64,000 bases of DNA from Nitrospirota bacterium (GCA_963749655.1 CAVVOB010000022.1:32001-96000), one strand, 5' to 3'. Numbered from the stretch's first letter, positions 30,275 to 41,359 are shown. Numbers and translations are program-made. The notes: a model not told the origin generated them from the sequence alone.

Positions 30275-30318
30275 AAGTCAAATAAGAATTTGACTTGTTG
30301 TTATTATCGCGCTACACT
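30275..30318 (+). promoter_or_regulatory. sigma70 promoter overlapped by a perfect 9 bp inverted repeat (putative operator)
   Basis: AAGTCAAAT-AAGA-ATTTGACTT at 30275-30296; TTGACT-17bp-TACACT. Confidence 0.7.
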
Positions 30319-30359
30319 TCTATCAGGTTACGTACTGAGCAACAAAGGAGGACACTTCC

Positions 30360-31013
30360 ATGAAGCGCACACTTTTTGTAGCAATCGCATTGATCTTCGC
30401 CGCCAGCCTGCTGTTTTTTCCGGGCCCTGCAGCAGCTGCTGGGGAACACCAGAGCATGGATAAAGCCGCATACCCGCAATCGGTAGTTGCTCTGCGGGAG
30501 GCCATGCGCCAGCTCTGGGAGGAGCACATCGTGTATACCCGGAACTTTATTATCAGCGCCCTTGCCGGTCTTGACGACACCGGCAAGATCGCCGAACGGC
30601 TTCTCAAGAACCAGGACGATATCGGCAACGCCATCAAGCCGATCTATGGAGAGGAAGCTGGCAACAAGCTTGCCGCCCTGCTCAGAGACCATATCCTGAT
30701 CGCCGCGGACATCGTAAAGGCCGCCAAGGCGGGCGACAACGAAGGCGTCGGCGCGGGAGAAAAACGGTGGGCCCGGAATGCGGACGATATTGCCGTCTTC
30801 CTGAGCAGCGCAAACCCGAATTGGCAACTCCAGTCCCTGAAGAACATGCTGTATGTCCATCTGGCCCTGACGACCACGGAGGTCGTATCGCGGATCAAGA
30901 AGGACTGGCCTTCGGACATTGAAGCCTATGACAAAGGTCACGCCCATATGCTCATGTTTTCCGATCTGCTTGCCGACGGGATCGTGAAGCAATTTCCGAA
31001 GAAGTTCCAGTAG
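30360..31013 (+). CDS. Secreted helical His-containing conserved protein
   Basis: GGAGG RBS; signal peptide; LWEEH, LRDH, LYVH, HAHM on predicted helices. Confidence 0.75.
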   Translation: MKRTLFVAIALIFAASLLFFPGPAAAAGEHQSMDKAAYPQSVVALREAMRQLWEEHIVYTRNFIISALAGLDDTGKIAERLLKNQDDIGNAIKPIYGEEAGNKLAALLRDHILIAADIVKAAKAGDNEGVGAGEKRWARNADDIAVFLSSANPNWQLQSLKNMLYVHLALTTTEVVSRIKKDWPSDIEAYDKGHAHMLMFSDLLADGIVKQFPKKFQ

Positions 31014-31158
31014 CGCAGGGAGTCATGGCCTCTCCCGCCTCCTGACGGAATGCAGGGCGATAGTGGTATCCTAGGAGAAAGGATACGCAATCGCCCTGCG
31101 GGGGAAGGGCTGCGAATCCGGGAACTTCGCATTGAAGTAAAAAGGAGTGTGACTTACC

Positions 31159-31587
31159 ATGAAGAAGAATGCAAAAGGATTATTATTCATATACAGTCTG
31201 GCTGCGATCGCAGTCGTATTGGCGAGCTGCGGCGGTGGAGGGTCGATGGGCTACGGCAGCAGTGGATCTTCTACCACCAGCGCGACGTCCACGGTCCAGC
31301 TGGTCACGTGTCCTGCGAGCGGCACCACGGACGTTTCGATCGTGAGCATGGTCGCCGGTTTCAGTCCTGCCAGCATGACGGTGCCCCTGAACACTACGGT
31401 AAAATGGACGAACATCGATACAACAACCCATACAGTCACGAGTACGACGGTGCCGACCAACGGCGCCTTCAACGCTCAGGTAAACCCCGGAACATCGGTC
31501 TGTTATAAATTTACGTCAGGAGGGACGTTTAACTATCATTGCTCGATCCATCCGACAATGCCTGCCGCGGCCCTGACAGTGCAGTGA
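31159..31587 (+). CDS. Cupredoxin (plastocyanin/amicyanin-like) lipoprotein
   Basis: Lipobox LASC; HTVT and YHCSIHPTM type-1 copper ligands. Confidence 0.88.
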   Translation: MKKNAKGLLFIYSLAAIAVVLASCGGGGSMGYGSSGSSTTSATSTVQLVTCPASGTTDVSIVSMVAGFSPASMTVPLNTTVKWTNIDTTTHTVTSTTVPTNGAFNAQVNPGTSVCYKFTSGGTFNYHCSIHPTMPAAALTVQ

Positions 31588-31724
31588 CAAGCTGACTCCT
31601 GCAGTAATTCGAACAACGGTGCGGGGCACGGGGACCATGCTCCGCACCTTCCTTTTTAACCGGGCTTGAATTCTGATTTCTGAGGATCAGTGATCCTATG
31701 GAATTCCGTCTGCACATGACAGTT

Positions 31725-31822
31725 GGAACCACTGATGAACACGGTAAAAACCCACTCAAGATCAGGCTGTCCGGACAGGTATCCTTTGATGGGCGGCATT
31801 AACCGTGTTCATCCGTGGTTCC
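31725..31822. repeat. Inverted-repeat element with 21 bp arms
   Basis: ggaaccactgatgaacacggt / accgtgttcatccgtggttcc (20 of 21 match). Confidence 0.8.
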
Positions 31823-31853
31823 CTGTCTTTTTTCAGTCATCGACCGGTGGGCC

Positions 31854-32590
31854 ATGCGAATCGCAGTGATCGCCGACATCCATGCGAACCTGGAGGCCTT
31901 GCGCGCCGTACTCGAACGGACCCGCGAGCTCAAACCCGATGCAATGGTCTGCCTCGGAGACATCGTCGGGTACAACGCTAATCCCAACGAGTGCATCGAA
32001 ATCGCGAGAAGCGAAGGGATACTGTGCATACTCGGCAACCACGATGCGGTCGCTGCAGGCCTCGATCAACCGGACAATTTCAATCCTCTGGCCCGGGCCG
32101 CTGTCCTCTGGACCCGGGACCAGCTTACTGCAGAGAACAGGGCATTCCTGTCCGGCCTCCCGACAGAGCGCGATTTTCGGGGTTCTTACCTGTTTCACGG
32201 CTCCATTCATGACAGGGACCGCTATATCCTGCACCGGAGGATGCTGTAAAGAATTTTCGTTTCTTGTCCGGACTTCCGGGCAACATCAGGACGGGATTTT
32301 TCGGCCACACTCACGTCAGGGCAGTGCTCATAGAGCAGGGGGGTGGTATTGCTTCATCACTTGCATTGGATTCGCTGGACCTCCTGTCCGGGCACCGATA
32401 CCTGATTAATCCCGGAAGCGTGGGCCAGCCGAGGGACGGAAACCCGCAAGCTTCGTTTCTGATGTTCGACGATCAGGCGCGGCGGGCGGTTTTTTATCGG
32501 GTTGCCTATGACATCGGAGCCTGCCAGGAAAAAATCATCCGGGCCGGTCTTCCTCCGAGGCTGGCTGAACGGCTGGAGTGGGGATCGTGA
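31854..32590 (+). CDS. Metallophosphoesterase family protein, frameshift near 32245
   Basis: DIHAN, LGDIVGY, GNHD, FHGS, GHTH, NPGSVGQPRDG motifs. Confidence 0.88.
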
Positions 32591-32634
32591 GGTCCTTCAG
32601 ACCTGACAAGAGAAGGGGTAAGGGGAACCTGCCG

Positions 32635-32838
32635 TCACCTGGCAAGAAGAAGGTAGATAGCGACAGCCCATACAGCGAGGCTCAATGAAAAGCCGTGCAA
32701 GAGCCCCCGCATTGCTTCAATCCGATCATCAGGGATGATGGGCGCCTCTTTGCAGTCCCCTGCAGAAGGAGTGTGCGGTCTGCGGAATCTTACCTTGCAT
32801 CTTTGTGGCTGCTCTGTTGTCAGCAGTGAAATTCCCAT
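32635..32838 (-). CDS. Small protein with a C-terminal TM helix
   Basis: GGAGG RBS at 32845-32849; sigma54 site upstream; hydrophobic C-terminus. Confidence 0.55.
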   Translation of the reverse strand: MGISLLTTEQPQRCKVRFRRPHTPSAGDCKEAPIIPDDRIEAMRGLLHGFSLSLAVWAVAIYLLLAR

Positions 32839-32888
32839 TGTTCGCCTCCTGGTCGTTGTTGAAGGAATTCAATATTTACCGAATAAGT

Positions 32889-32905
32889 TGCAAAGCGGAT
32901 GCCAA
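32889..32905 (-). promoter_or_regulatory. sigma54 (-24/-12) promoter
   Basis: Minus strand reads TTGGCATCCGCTTTGCA (GG-N10-GC). Confidence 0.65.
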
Positions 32906-33096
32906 ACAGTGGTGAAAAATTTGTTTCAATATATTCATGTCTTACACGGCCGAGAATAGACGGTTCGTTCGCCGCGACCGGGTCATTTTCAACAGGTAAT
33001 CCACTTTAGTCAGTCCTATGCGGCCAGTCGATAAGGGTGGAGAAGAGAGCAGGGGGACTTTCAAACAATGCAGAAGCAACTTGAGGAAAGCCGTGA

Positions 33097-35684
33097 TCAG
33101 GCAGGCGTTTCGTCAAGAACGGACCTTATCTTCTGCAGCAGTTCGTCGATGGCGACGGGTTTCTGCAAGAAGTGCGCGTCCTGGCCGACCATCCCTTTGG
33201 TCCGTATGATGTCTCCGGTGTAGCCGCTCGTGAAGATAACTTTGATCCGGGGGTTCACTATCTTTATGGCCTCGTAGACCTCCCGGCCGTTCATCTTCGG
33301 CATGATTACGTCGAGAATGAGCAGGTCTATGCGGTCCCGGTGTTCCATGAATTTTCTGACCGCCTCCGGTCCGTCTGCAGCGTCGATCACCTCGTATCCG
33401 AAATCATCCAGCAGGTCTTTGGTCATGAACCGTACCGTATCGTTGTCCTCGCCGAGCAAAATGGTTTCGGAGCCGCCGGTGACGGCGTCGTGCCGAATAT
33501 CGGGCGCGCTCCGGCCGGCGCTCCGGGGCGCAAGCGGAAGATAGATCGCGAAAGATGTTCCGCGGCCCGGTGTGCTGGATACGGCGATGTAGCCGTCATG
33601 CTGTTTGATGATCCCGTAGACCATGGCAAGGCCGAGGCCGGTGCCTTTGCCGACCTCCTTGGTGGTGAAGAAGGGCTCGAAGATCTTCTCCCGCGTGGCG
33701 TCATCCATGCCCTCGCCCGTGTCGGATACGGTCATCAGGGCGTAGGAGCCCGGCTTCATGCCGCGGTGCGCCCGGGCCTTTTCCGGCGCCACGTTTTCCT
33801 CCCGGGTCTCAATGGTCAGGCTGCCGCCGCGGGGCATCGCGTCCCGTGCATTCGTCGCCAGGTTCATGAGCACCTGTTCCACCTGTACGCTGTCCGCGAT
33901 GACCACCAGGGCGTTGTTTCCCGCGACGGTCCTCAGCTCGATGTCTTCGCCGATCAGCCGGACCAGGAGCTTGTCGGCTTTCCGGACGATCTCATTGAGG
34001 TCCACGGGGCCTGGGTTCATGATCTGTTTCCTGCTGAATGCAAGGAGGCTTCGCGTCAGGCTGGACGCCCGCTCCGATGCGGACAGGATGTGTTCCACAT
34101 AGGCCCGGTGCGGATCGCCGTCGCTCATCCGCCGCCGCAGGATCCCCGCATATCCGACGATCGCCGTCAAAATATTGTTGAAGTCGTGGGCGATGCCCCC
34201 GGCGAGCTGGCCGACGGCCTCCATCTTCTGCGACTGCAGCAGCTGCAGCTCCAGTTTTTTCTGCTCCGTCACGTCGCGGATGATCCCCCGAAATGCGGCG
34301 AGATGTCCTGCCGCGTCCCGCACAGCCGTGCTGGTGATGAGCACGGTCAACATCTCGCCGTTCTTGCGTTTCATGTGCACTTCATAGTCCTTGGCATAGC
34401 CGGTCCGGTCCACAAGATCGACGAACCTGACGCGCTCCTCGGGGTAGACGTAGAGGTCCTGCGTGATGTCCAGGTTGAGCAGCTCTTCTTTTGATGCGTA
34501 TCCGAACAGCTCCACGCCGGCGGGATTGATATCCAGGAACCTGCCCTCCGGCACGCTGATGTAGAAAACGTCCCGCGACTCCTCGAAGAGCGTGCGGAAC
34601 TTTTCCTCCGACTCCTGCAGCGCGAGCTCGGAGCGCCTGCGCTCGGTCACGTCGGCGATGAAGTTGACCGTCGCGGGCTTTCCCTCCCAGGTCGTCACCG
34701 CGCCCCGCGTTTCGACCCACCGGGTGTGATTGCCGCGGGTAATGATCCGCAGGGGATAGGAAAAGGTGGGGGAAGCTCGCCCCGCAGCCGCTTGACATGC
34801 TGCTGCATCACGGCATCCCGGTCATCGGGATGCACGAATTCGAGGAAGGTCCTTCCCGTGAGCTCCTCCCGGTCATAACCGGTTATTGCGGCCAGGTGGG
34901 GATTGACGAACTTCAGGATGCCGTCCTGGGCCACGAGGACCCCTTCTCCCGCGTGCTCTGCGAGCTGGCGGTATTTTTCCTCCGACTCGAGCAGCTCCTG
35001 TCCGGTCTTCCTCCGCTCGGCAAGCACTTTCTTCAGATCGATGATCGCCGCGTTGAGCTGGGCCGTCTGCGCCTTTACTTCTTCAGCGAGGGAAGCCTGC
35101 TGCCTGTCGAGATCATACTGGAGGCCCAGCTCCCGGATGAGGCTCCTCTGGCCCAGATATTTCAGCAGGACAATGGACAGCAGCGAGGTGAATACAAACG
35201 CATTGGCGGCGAAGAACCCGCGAAAATCGGTGATCGTTTCGAACAGTATGATGGGAATCACGAAGATGAGATAGATAATCCCTGCAGCGACCGCATGGAG
35301 CCAGAGCTGCGCCGGGACAAACCCGATGGCGCACAGCCCGAGCAGAATGACGCCCTCATGATAGGGAGACCGGTGGCCTCCGGACCTCAGGATTATGAAC
35401 TCGAGGGCCGCCGACGCGCAGACAAGGGTGATCAGGGCCAGTGCCCGGTCAAAGACGGGGGATATCCCTCGTTGTTGAGCGGCGATCCGTGCAACGCCCA
35501 CGAGGATCGCCGCCATGCCGACGCGCACGGCAAGGAAGGACGAAAAATGTTCGGGGAGGCTGATGTAGTCAAGACATCCGAGCAGGAGAAAAATAACCGC
35601 GCCCCAGCGGCAGGCCTGGATGAGAGACGCGACGAACATCTCGTTCAGCTTTTCGTTGATGTATTTTTCTTTGTCCGCCGTCAT
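33097..35684 (-). CDS. Membrane hybrid sensor kinase (TM-PAS-PAS-HisKA-HATPase-REC), frameshifted near 34700-34770
   Basis: [41 protein letters not shown] motifs. Confidence 0.9.
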
Positions 35685-35764
35685 CGTGAAAATAGAGAGC
35701 TTCGGTGATACCCTTTATTCCCGAACCCCATAACGTCCCTTCAAAGATCGCTGAGTCCGCCGTC

Positions 35765-37972
35765 TTATGGATGGATGGTCCCGACCGCGGGCTCCCGGGC
35801 GGAAACCGGCTCCAATGTCGTCAAGGGTTCCCGCGGCGCCAGTTTCGCCATTCCCGTCTTTTTGAGAAAACCGCTCTTTCCCGGCATGAAGACCGTCAAC
35901 GGAGAGTCGAGGACCGGCCATCGACCTTTGACCACATTCTCCGGTTCATTGCCTTCGAAAGCGAGGTAGCTGTACTTGTGATAGTGGGGCAGTTTTCGCG
36001 CCAGGCCGGGCAACGGCGCGGGGCCGTCGGAGGCGATGAAACTGAGGGCCATGCTGTGGTTGCGCGGAAACCGGGACGTCAGCACGAAGGAATGCGCCTT
36101 GACCGGAACCAGGTCGCCGCTGATGCGGACGGATCGGTCCTTTACCGAGACATCGTAGTTGAACAGCGCTTCGAACAGGTCGACCGCGAAGCGGTTCTCC
36201 CATCCCAAAAGCATCACCGACCGGTCCGCGGGAAGGGTTTTCAGGTCGCTGTCGAGTTTCACGTCTACTTCGTCGGGGCCTGCTTGCTTGAGGGCCGCTG
36301 CAAATTCCCGGTACGCTTGCAGCAGGTCCTCGACGGCCCCCGACGGCAGGACGACCAGCATCCGTTTTGCGCCCAGGGCCTGCGACAGCGCGGGTGGCAG
36401 CTCGTCGCGGTCGACCCTGCGGAACAGGTCGTATTCGGGATCGATGTCGAGCCGCAACGGCGTGCCGGATAAGGGGAGATCTACCGTGAGCTCTTTATTA
36501 TTCATTTCCACTACGGTCTGGACCGTCTGTTCCCGCCCCTCGATCGTCACGGCAAGGGGAACCCGCAGCCGGTATGCCTCGCCGGGCTGCTTCTGTTCCA
36601 GGCGGACCTGCAGGACCGCTCCTCCGGCTCCGTTGCTGACGAGAGGCTTCGACACCGCGAGCTGCGGCGCGCCCGTGCGCGTCACCCATTCCCTGAATTC
36701 CTGTTGAAGGTCTTTTCCCGATGTTGCTTCGAACGTCCTACGGAGGTCGTCGAAGGACGCGTATCGGAACCGGTATTGCAGGTAGAACTCGCGGAGGCCC
36801 TTGACGAACGACCCGTCGCCGAGCTCCCGGCGGAGCATGTGAAAGAACATGAGCGACTTGCCGTAGCCGATCGCTTCCGTGGCCGGGTTGTGGCGCGACC
36901 GGAACTGGTCGAGGGGGAAGTCCCAGTTGCCCTGGACGTAGTCCGCGTATTTCTGGAGCGTGGTCATGCGGTATTCTGCGCCCGCGCCCTGCTGTTCCTT
37001 GACGAGATGGTCGGCGAGGTAGGCCGTCAGCCCCTCGGACCAGTTGCCCTTCGCGAAGTCGGGAAACACGCTGTTGCCCCACCAGTTGTGCAGGATCTCG
37101 TGGGGGTAGGAGGAATTGATGATGAAGGGCAGCCTGATGATCCGGGAGCCGAGGAGCGTGAAGGAGGGCATGCCGAAGCCCGATTCCCAGAAGTTCTCCA
37201 CAAGGGCGAACTTTCGGTAGGGATAGGGCCCGATGAGCCTGCTGTACAGGGCAAGATAACCCGCTGTTGCGTCGAGGTACCGGTCGGCCAGTCCCTGGTC
37301 AGGCGTTCGGAGGTAGACCATGGCCTGGGCGAGATCGGCGGTTCTCGAGTATTCGGTGAACCGTGCCGCAACGAGATAGATCTCCTCCTGAGGCTCCGGA
37401 GATTTCCAGCGCACGAGGGTTGCGTTTTCTTTCCGGTCCCGCTTCGTGCGTTCTCCCTGGCTCACCGCGTCCCACGCAGCCGGCAGTTTGATCTCCAGAT
37501 CGAAGGTCACGAAATCGGTCTCGAAGTCGGCGTACCAGCCTGACGAGCCGGACAGGAACACGCCCTCGGATGAAATGAGCCCCGGTGTTTCGTCAATCCC
37601 CTGCGCCTGGGGCCCTCCGCGCCGTTCAAGAGGATGGTCGATCGACCCCTCATACGAAAGGGTGAACGTTCGCGCTTTTGCAGGAAGGAACGCGGTGTAT
37701 TTTTCCAGGGGAACAGCCGCCTGCACGGTCCCCTGCCGGATGATGCGTACGCCGGACGTTGCGCACGCGGGCTTCATGCCGCTGTGAAGCGTGAAGGACG
37801 CTTCCCGGGGAGAGCCGTCCGGCAGCGTAATGGCGTCCTTTGCCGCAATGCGGCCTGTCGCAGGATCGAGGGAAACGGTGAGGCTATGGTGGATATAAGC
37901 GTCCCGGGCAAACGTGGGGAAGGCGATGCAGGTCAGAACGAGACCCAGAACGGCCATTTTTTGATATCTCAT
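35765..37972 (-). CDS. M1 family aminopeptidase, secreted
   Basis: GFGMP, HEILHNWWG, NWSEGL motifs; signal peptide. Confidence 0.88.
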   Translation of the reverse strand: MRYQKMAVLGLVLTCIAFPTFARDAYIHHSLTVSLDPATGRIAAKDAITLPDGSPREASFTLHSGMKPACATSGVRIIRQGTVQAAVPLEKYTAFLPAKARTFTLSYEGSIDHPLERRGGPQAQGIDETPGLISSEGVFLSGSSGWYADFETDFVTFDLEIKLPAAWDAVSQGERTKRDRKENATLVRWKSPEPQEEIYLVAARFTEYSRTADLAQAMVYLRTPDQGLADRYLDATAGYLALYSRLIGPYPYRKFALVENFWESGFGMPSFTLLGSRIIRLPFIINSSYPHEILHNWWGNSVFPDFAKGNWSEGLTAYLADHLVKEQQGAGAEYRMTTLQKYADYVQGNWDFPLDQFRSRHNPATEAIGYGKSLMFFHMLRRELGDGSFVKGLREFYLQYRFRYASFDDLRRTFEATSGKDLQQEFREWVTRTGAPQLAVSKPLVSNGAGGAVLQVRLEQKQPGEAYRLRVPLAVTIEGREQTVQTVVEMNNKELTVDLPLSGTPLRLDIDPEYDLFRRVDRDELPPALSQALGAKRMLVVLPSGAVEDLLQAYREFAAALKQAGPDEVDVKLDSDLKTLPADRSVMLLGWENRFAVDLFEALFNYDVSVKDRSVRISGDLVPVKAHSFVLTSRFPRNHSMALSFIASDGPAPLPGLARKLPHYHKYSYLAFEGNEPENVVKGRWPVLDSPLTVFMPGKSGFLKKTGMAKLAPREPLTTLEPVSAREPAVGTIHP

Positions 37973-38213
37973 GGTGGATTCATTGCTCCCTGGCTGAACG
38001 GATTGCGGCTGCTGGCCCGGCCGCATGGCCGTATGATGACTATCCCAATGATTATATTCTATGCTAAAGAATGGACCGGGTAAAGGAAATTTCGCGTTCA
38101 ACAGCCTCTTGTTTTCAGGAGGAACAACGTCGCATTTGTGGTACAATAATCATGGCTTGCGGCCTCATGGAGATCAGTGGGGCGGCAAGCGCGATCGATG
38201 ACGGAGGCCTGGC

Positions 38214-38738
38214 ATGCGGAACATCATTCTCTTCATTGCAACGAGCCTGGACGGGTACATCTCCCGGCCGGACGGCGGCATCGAGTGGCTCTTTACGGAC
38301 CAGGATTACGGCAATGCTGAGTTCGCTGCCGGCGTGGACACCATCGTGATGGGACGGAAGACCTACGAACAGTCCCTTGCCCTCGGCAACGATCCCTACC
38401 GCGGGAAGGAACTCCTGGTCTTTTCGCGGAGCAGGGCCGGGGCGCGGGATGAGCATGCCCGGTTCGTTGCAGGGAACGAGAAGAGCATTATGGATGATCT
38501 GAGGCTCAGGCAGGGGAGAAACATCTGGCTCGTGGGCGGCGCAGAGCTCGTGCAGGCCTTCATGCAGTACGATCTGATAGACGTGCACATCATCTCCATC
38601 CATCCTATTGTGCTCGGGGGCGGCATTCCCCTGTTCAAGCCGCCGGTCCCGTCGGCAAGGCTGAAGCTTGTGGACTGCACGACCTTCAACAGCGGTCTGG
38701 TGCAGATGACCTATGTCCGCCGGGAGGGAAGACCGTGA
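38214..38738 (+). CDS. Dihydrofolate reductase/RibD C-terminal family protein
   Basis: SLDGYI, MGRKTY, WLVGGA, PIVLGGGIPLF motifs. Confidence 0.9.
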   Translation: MRNIILFIATSLDGYISRPDGGIEWLFTDQDYGNAEFAAGVDTIVMGRKTYEQSLALGNDPYRGKELLVFSRSRAGARDEHARFVAGNEKSIMDDLRLRQGRNIWLVGGAELVQAFMQYDLIDVHIISIHPIVLGGGIPLFKPPVPSARLKLVDCTTFNSGLVQMTYVRREGRP

Positions 38739-38790
38739 ACCTTTCGGGTCTGTGGACTGCGTGCACAGCATCAACTCCCATCCATGAACC

Positions 38791-41193
38791 ATGAAGTCTG
38801 ATCAGAAGCTCATTTCCGTCGCTCTCCGCGACTTCGCCCTGCCCGCTCCCCGCACGGGCAGCATTGAGACCCATTCCGGGTACGGCCGGTCTTTTGAGGA
38901 AGGCCGGGAGATCCATGTCCGGGTGCAGCGGAAAAGGGCAAAGTCCGATCCTTCCTACGAAGCCGAGGTCCCCGTCACCTGCACATTCGATCGGGAAGGG
39001 TATCGGTTCCGCGTCGACGGCAGGATGGACGGGATCTTTCGGCGCGAGCAGCCCCTGATCGAAGAGATCAAGACAAGCTTCAATATCGGAGATCTTTCCC
39101 GCCGACTTGCTAAGAATCCCGTTGGCCATCCTTACAGCCTGCAACTGTTGACCTACGGTTATTTCCACTGGCTCGCCCACGGCACGGTTCCTGTGCTTTC
39201 ATTTCATCTTGTCTCGACCCGAAGCAGGGAGTCCCTTGACCTGGGGATTCCTCTCGATCTGCCTGCCTACGAACAGTGGCTGGACCTTCGCCTTGCCGAG
39301 CTCGTCGAGGAAACGAAAAAGGCCGAAAAGCGGGCGGCGCGGAGAAGGAAGATCGCGGCACGATTCTCCTTTCCCTTCGAAAGCCCCCGGCCGGGACAGG
39401 TCGAACTCATGCGCACCCTCGAAGAGGGAATGACGGAAAAGAGGCCGATGCTGCTCCAGGCCCCGACCGGCCTCGGCAAGACTGCGGGCGTCCTCGTTCC
39501 CCTGCTCAGAAACGCGCTGGAGCGCGGTCAGCGTACGGTCTATATCACTCCCAAGAACAGCCAGCACCTCGTTGCCGAGGACGCTGTCGAGCGCTTTCAG
39601 GCGCAGGGCATGAAGGTCAAGTCCCTCACGATCACTGCAAAAAGCAAGATCTGCTTTAAAAACGAACCGCTCTGCGACCCCGCTTATTGCGAGTACAGCC
39701 TCGACTATTACGCCAAGCTCCACCGCCATAGCGTCCTGGACAAGCTCGCAAAAAAACGAAAGCTGACGGCTCGCGCATTCCGGGACCTGGGCGAGGAGCA
39801 CGAGGTCTGCCCCTTTGAGCTGCAGCTCGACGGAGCAGAGGAAGCGGACCTCGTTATCTGCGACTACAACTACGTCTTTGCTCCGCGCTCGGCCTTCGGC
39901 AGGATGACGAAGACCGGCATCGACCAGGACGGCTTGCCGAACCTCGTGATCGACGAGGCCCACAACCTTCCCGCCCGCGCCATGGACTACTACTCGCCCT
40001 CGCTTTCGACCGTTGTCCTGGAGCAGATGCGGAGCGGGTTCAGGAGCATGCCCGCCCTCATCCGACATGAGGCCGAAGAACTGCTCGACGGCTGCATCGG
40101 CGCCATCGCCTCGTGCCGGCCGGAAGGCAGCGCTCAACCGTCAAAGATCGACCCGCCGGAGGACCTTTTCCGCGACCAGGATGGAAAACTGCGCTCATTC
40201 CTGTCCCGCTACCTCGACTCCGAGTGCGAGATAGAGCGGGGTGATGCGGTCATGAAGCTCTGTTTCTACTGGTCTGAATTCACCGAAGCTCTGGAGCATG
40301 TAAACAATCCGCTGGTCGAGGAATTCTTCACGACCTTCCATCCCCATCCCGCAGGCGGCATCGTGAAGATCACCTGCTGCGACGCCTCATCCATGTTGAA
40401 GGACTCCTATGACGCGTACGAGCAGGTGGTAGGATTCTCGGCGACGCTGAAGCCCTTCGAGTACTATGCACGGCTTTCCGGCCTCGACGCGGCAACGGTG
40501 AAGACCGCGGAATTCGGCAGCCCCTTCCCGAAAGAGCATCGCAAGCTCCTGGTCATACCGCAGATTTCGACCAAGTATTCGGACCGCGAGCGGAACTACG
40601 GCCGCATCAGCGACGCGATCGCACGGATCGCGGCACAGCGTCAGGGGAATTATTTCGCCTTCTTCCCGAGCTTTGAATTCCTCGAGCGGGTGCTGGCGTT
40701 GTTTCAGGCCCCGCCGGGCTTTACGGTCCTGAAACAGGAGCGGGACATGCGCGTTTCCCGTGTGGAGGAGGTTTTGGACCGGCTCCGTGAAGGAACGGAT
40801 CCGACAATCCTTTTCGCTGTCCAGGGGGGGACGTTCTCCGAAGGCGTGGATTACCCCGGCGACATGGCCATCGGCGCTTTCGTGGTCGGGCCGCCGCTGC
40901 CGACCTTCGATCTCGAACGGGAGGAGATGCGCGCCTATTACGAGAAGCGCTACAGCGCCGGGTTCGACTACGCCTACGCCATTCCGGCCATGGCCAAAGC
41001 GATCCAGGCGGCAGGCAGGGTGATCCGCTCCGAAACCGATCGCGGCCTCATCGTACTCATGGACAGCCGCTTCGTGCAGCCCGGCTTTTCACGCGCCATG
41101 CCGAGCGACTGGTTCGAGACGGACGCGACCGAGCTGGTATCCGAGAGCATCCTGAAGGAAGTTGCAGAGTTCTGGGGGAGACGGACCGCATAA
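38791..41193 (+). CDS. Fe-S DinG/Rad3-type helicase with N-terminal PD-(D/E)xK nuclease domain
   Basis: GRMDG..IEEIKT..QLLTY; APTGLGKT; four Cys; DEAH; SATL; QAAGRVIR. Confidence 0.9.
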   Translation: MKSDQKLISVALRDFALPAPRTGSIETHSGYGRSFEEGREIHVRVQRKRAKSDPSYEAEVPVTCTFDREGYRFRVDGRMDGIFRREQPLIEEIKTSFNIGDLSRRLAKNPVGHPYSLQLLTYGYFHWLAHGTVPVLSFHLVSTRSRESLDLGIPLDLPAYEQWLDLRLAELVEETKKAEKRAARRRKIAARFSFPFESPRPGQVELMRTLEEGMTEKRPMLLQAPTGLGKTAGVLVPLLRNALERGQRTVYITPKNSQHLVAEDAVERFQAQGMKVKSLTITAKSKICFKNEPLCDPAYCEYSLDYYAKLHRHSVLDKLAKKRKLTARAFRDLGEEHEVCPFELQLDGAEEADLVICDYNYVFAPRSAFGRMTKTGIDQDGLPNLVIDEAHNLPARAMDYYSPSLSTVVLEQMRSGFRSMPALIRHEAEELLDGCIGAIASCRPEGSAQPSKIDPPEDLFRDQDGKLRSFLSRYLDSECEIERGDAVMKLCFYWSEFTEALEHVNNPLVEEFFTTFHPHPAGGIVKITCCDASSMLKDSYDAYEQVVGFSATLKPFEYYARLSGLDAATVKTAEFGSPFPKEHRKLLVIPQISTKYSDRERNYGRISDAIARIAAQRQGNYFAFFPSFEFLERVLALFQAPPGFTVLKQERDMRVSRVEEVLDRLREGTDPTILFAVQGGTFSEGVDYPGDMAIGAFVVGPPLPTFDLEREEMRAYYEKRYSAGFDYAYAIPAMAKAIQAAGRVIRSETDRGLIVLMDSRFVQPGFSRAMPSDWFETDATELVSESILKEVAEFWGRRTA

Positions 41194-41359
41194 GAGGAAA
41201 CCCGCCTCGTCAAATAAATCCCTGAATGCTCTTTATTTCCCGGTGAAATTATTTATACTTGAGTCATGAAGGAATGAGCGGGTGTGAACGACGCAAGGAC
41301 GCCGCTCTATCGAATAACACAGGTCGTTTTACATCGGTTTTTCAAAGGCCCTGTAACGC

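Noticed and set aside
38791-41193. Type IV CRISPR CasDinG or Cas4 locus
   Set aside because: No array or other cas genes in the window; neighbours are housekeeping genes.
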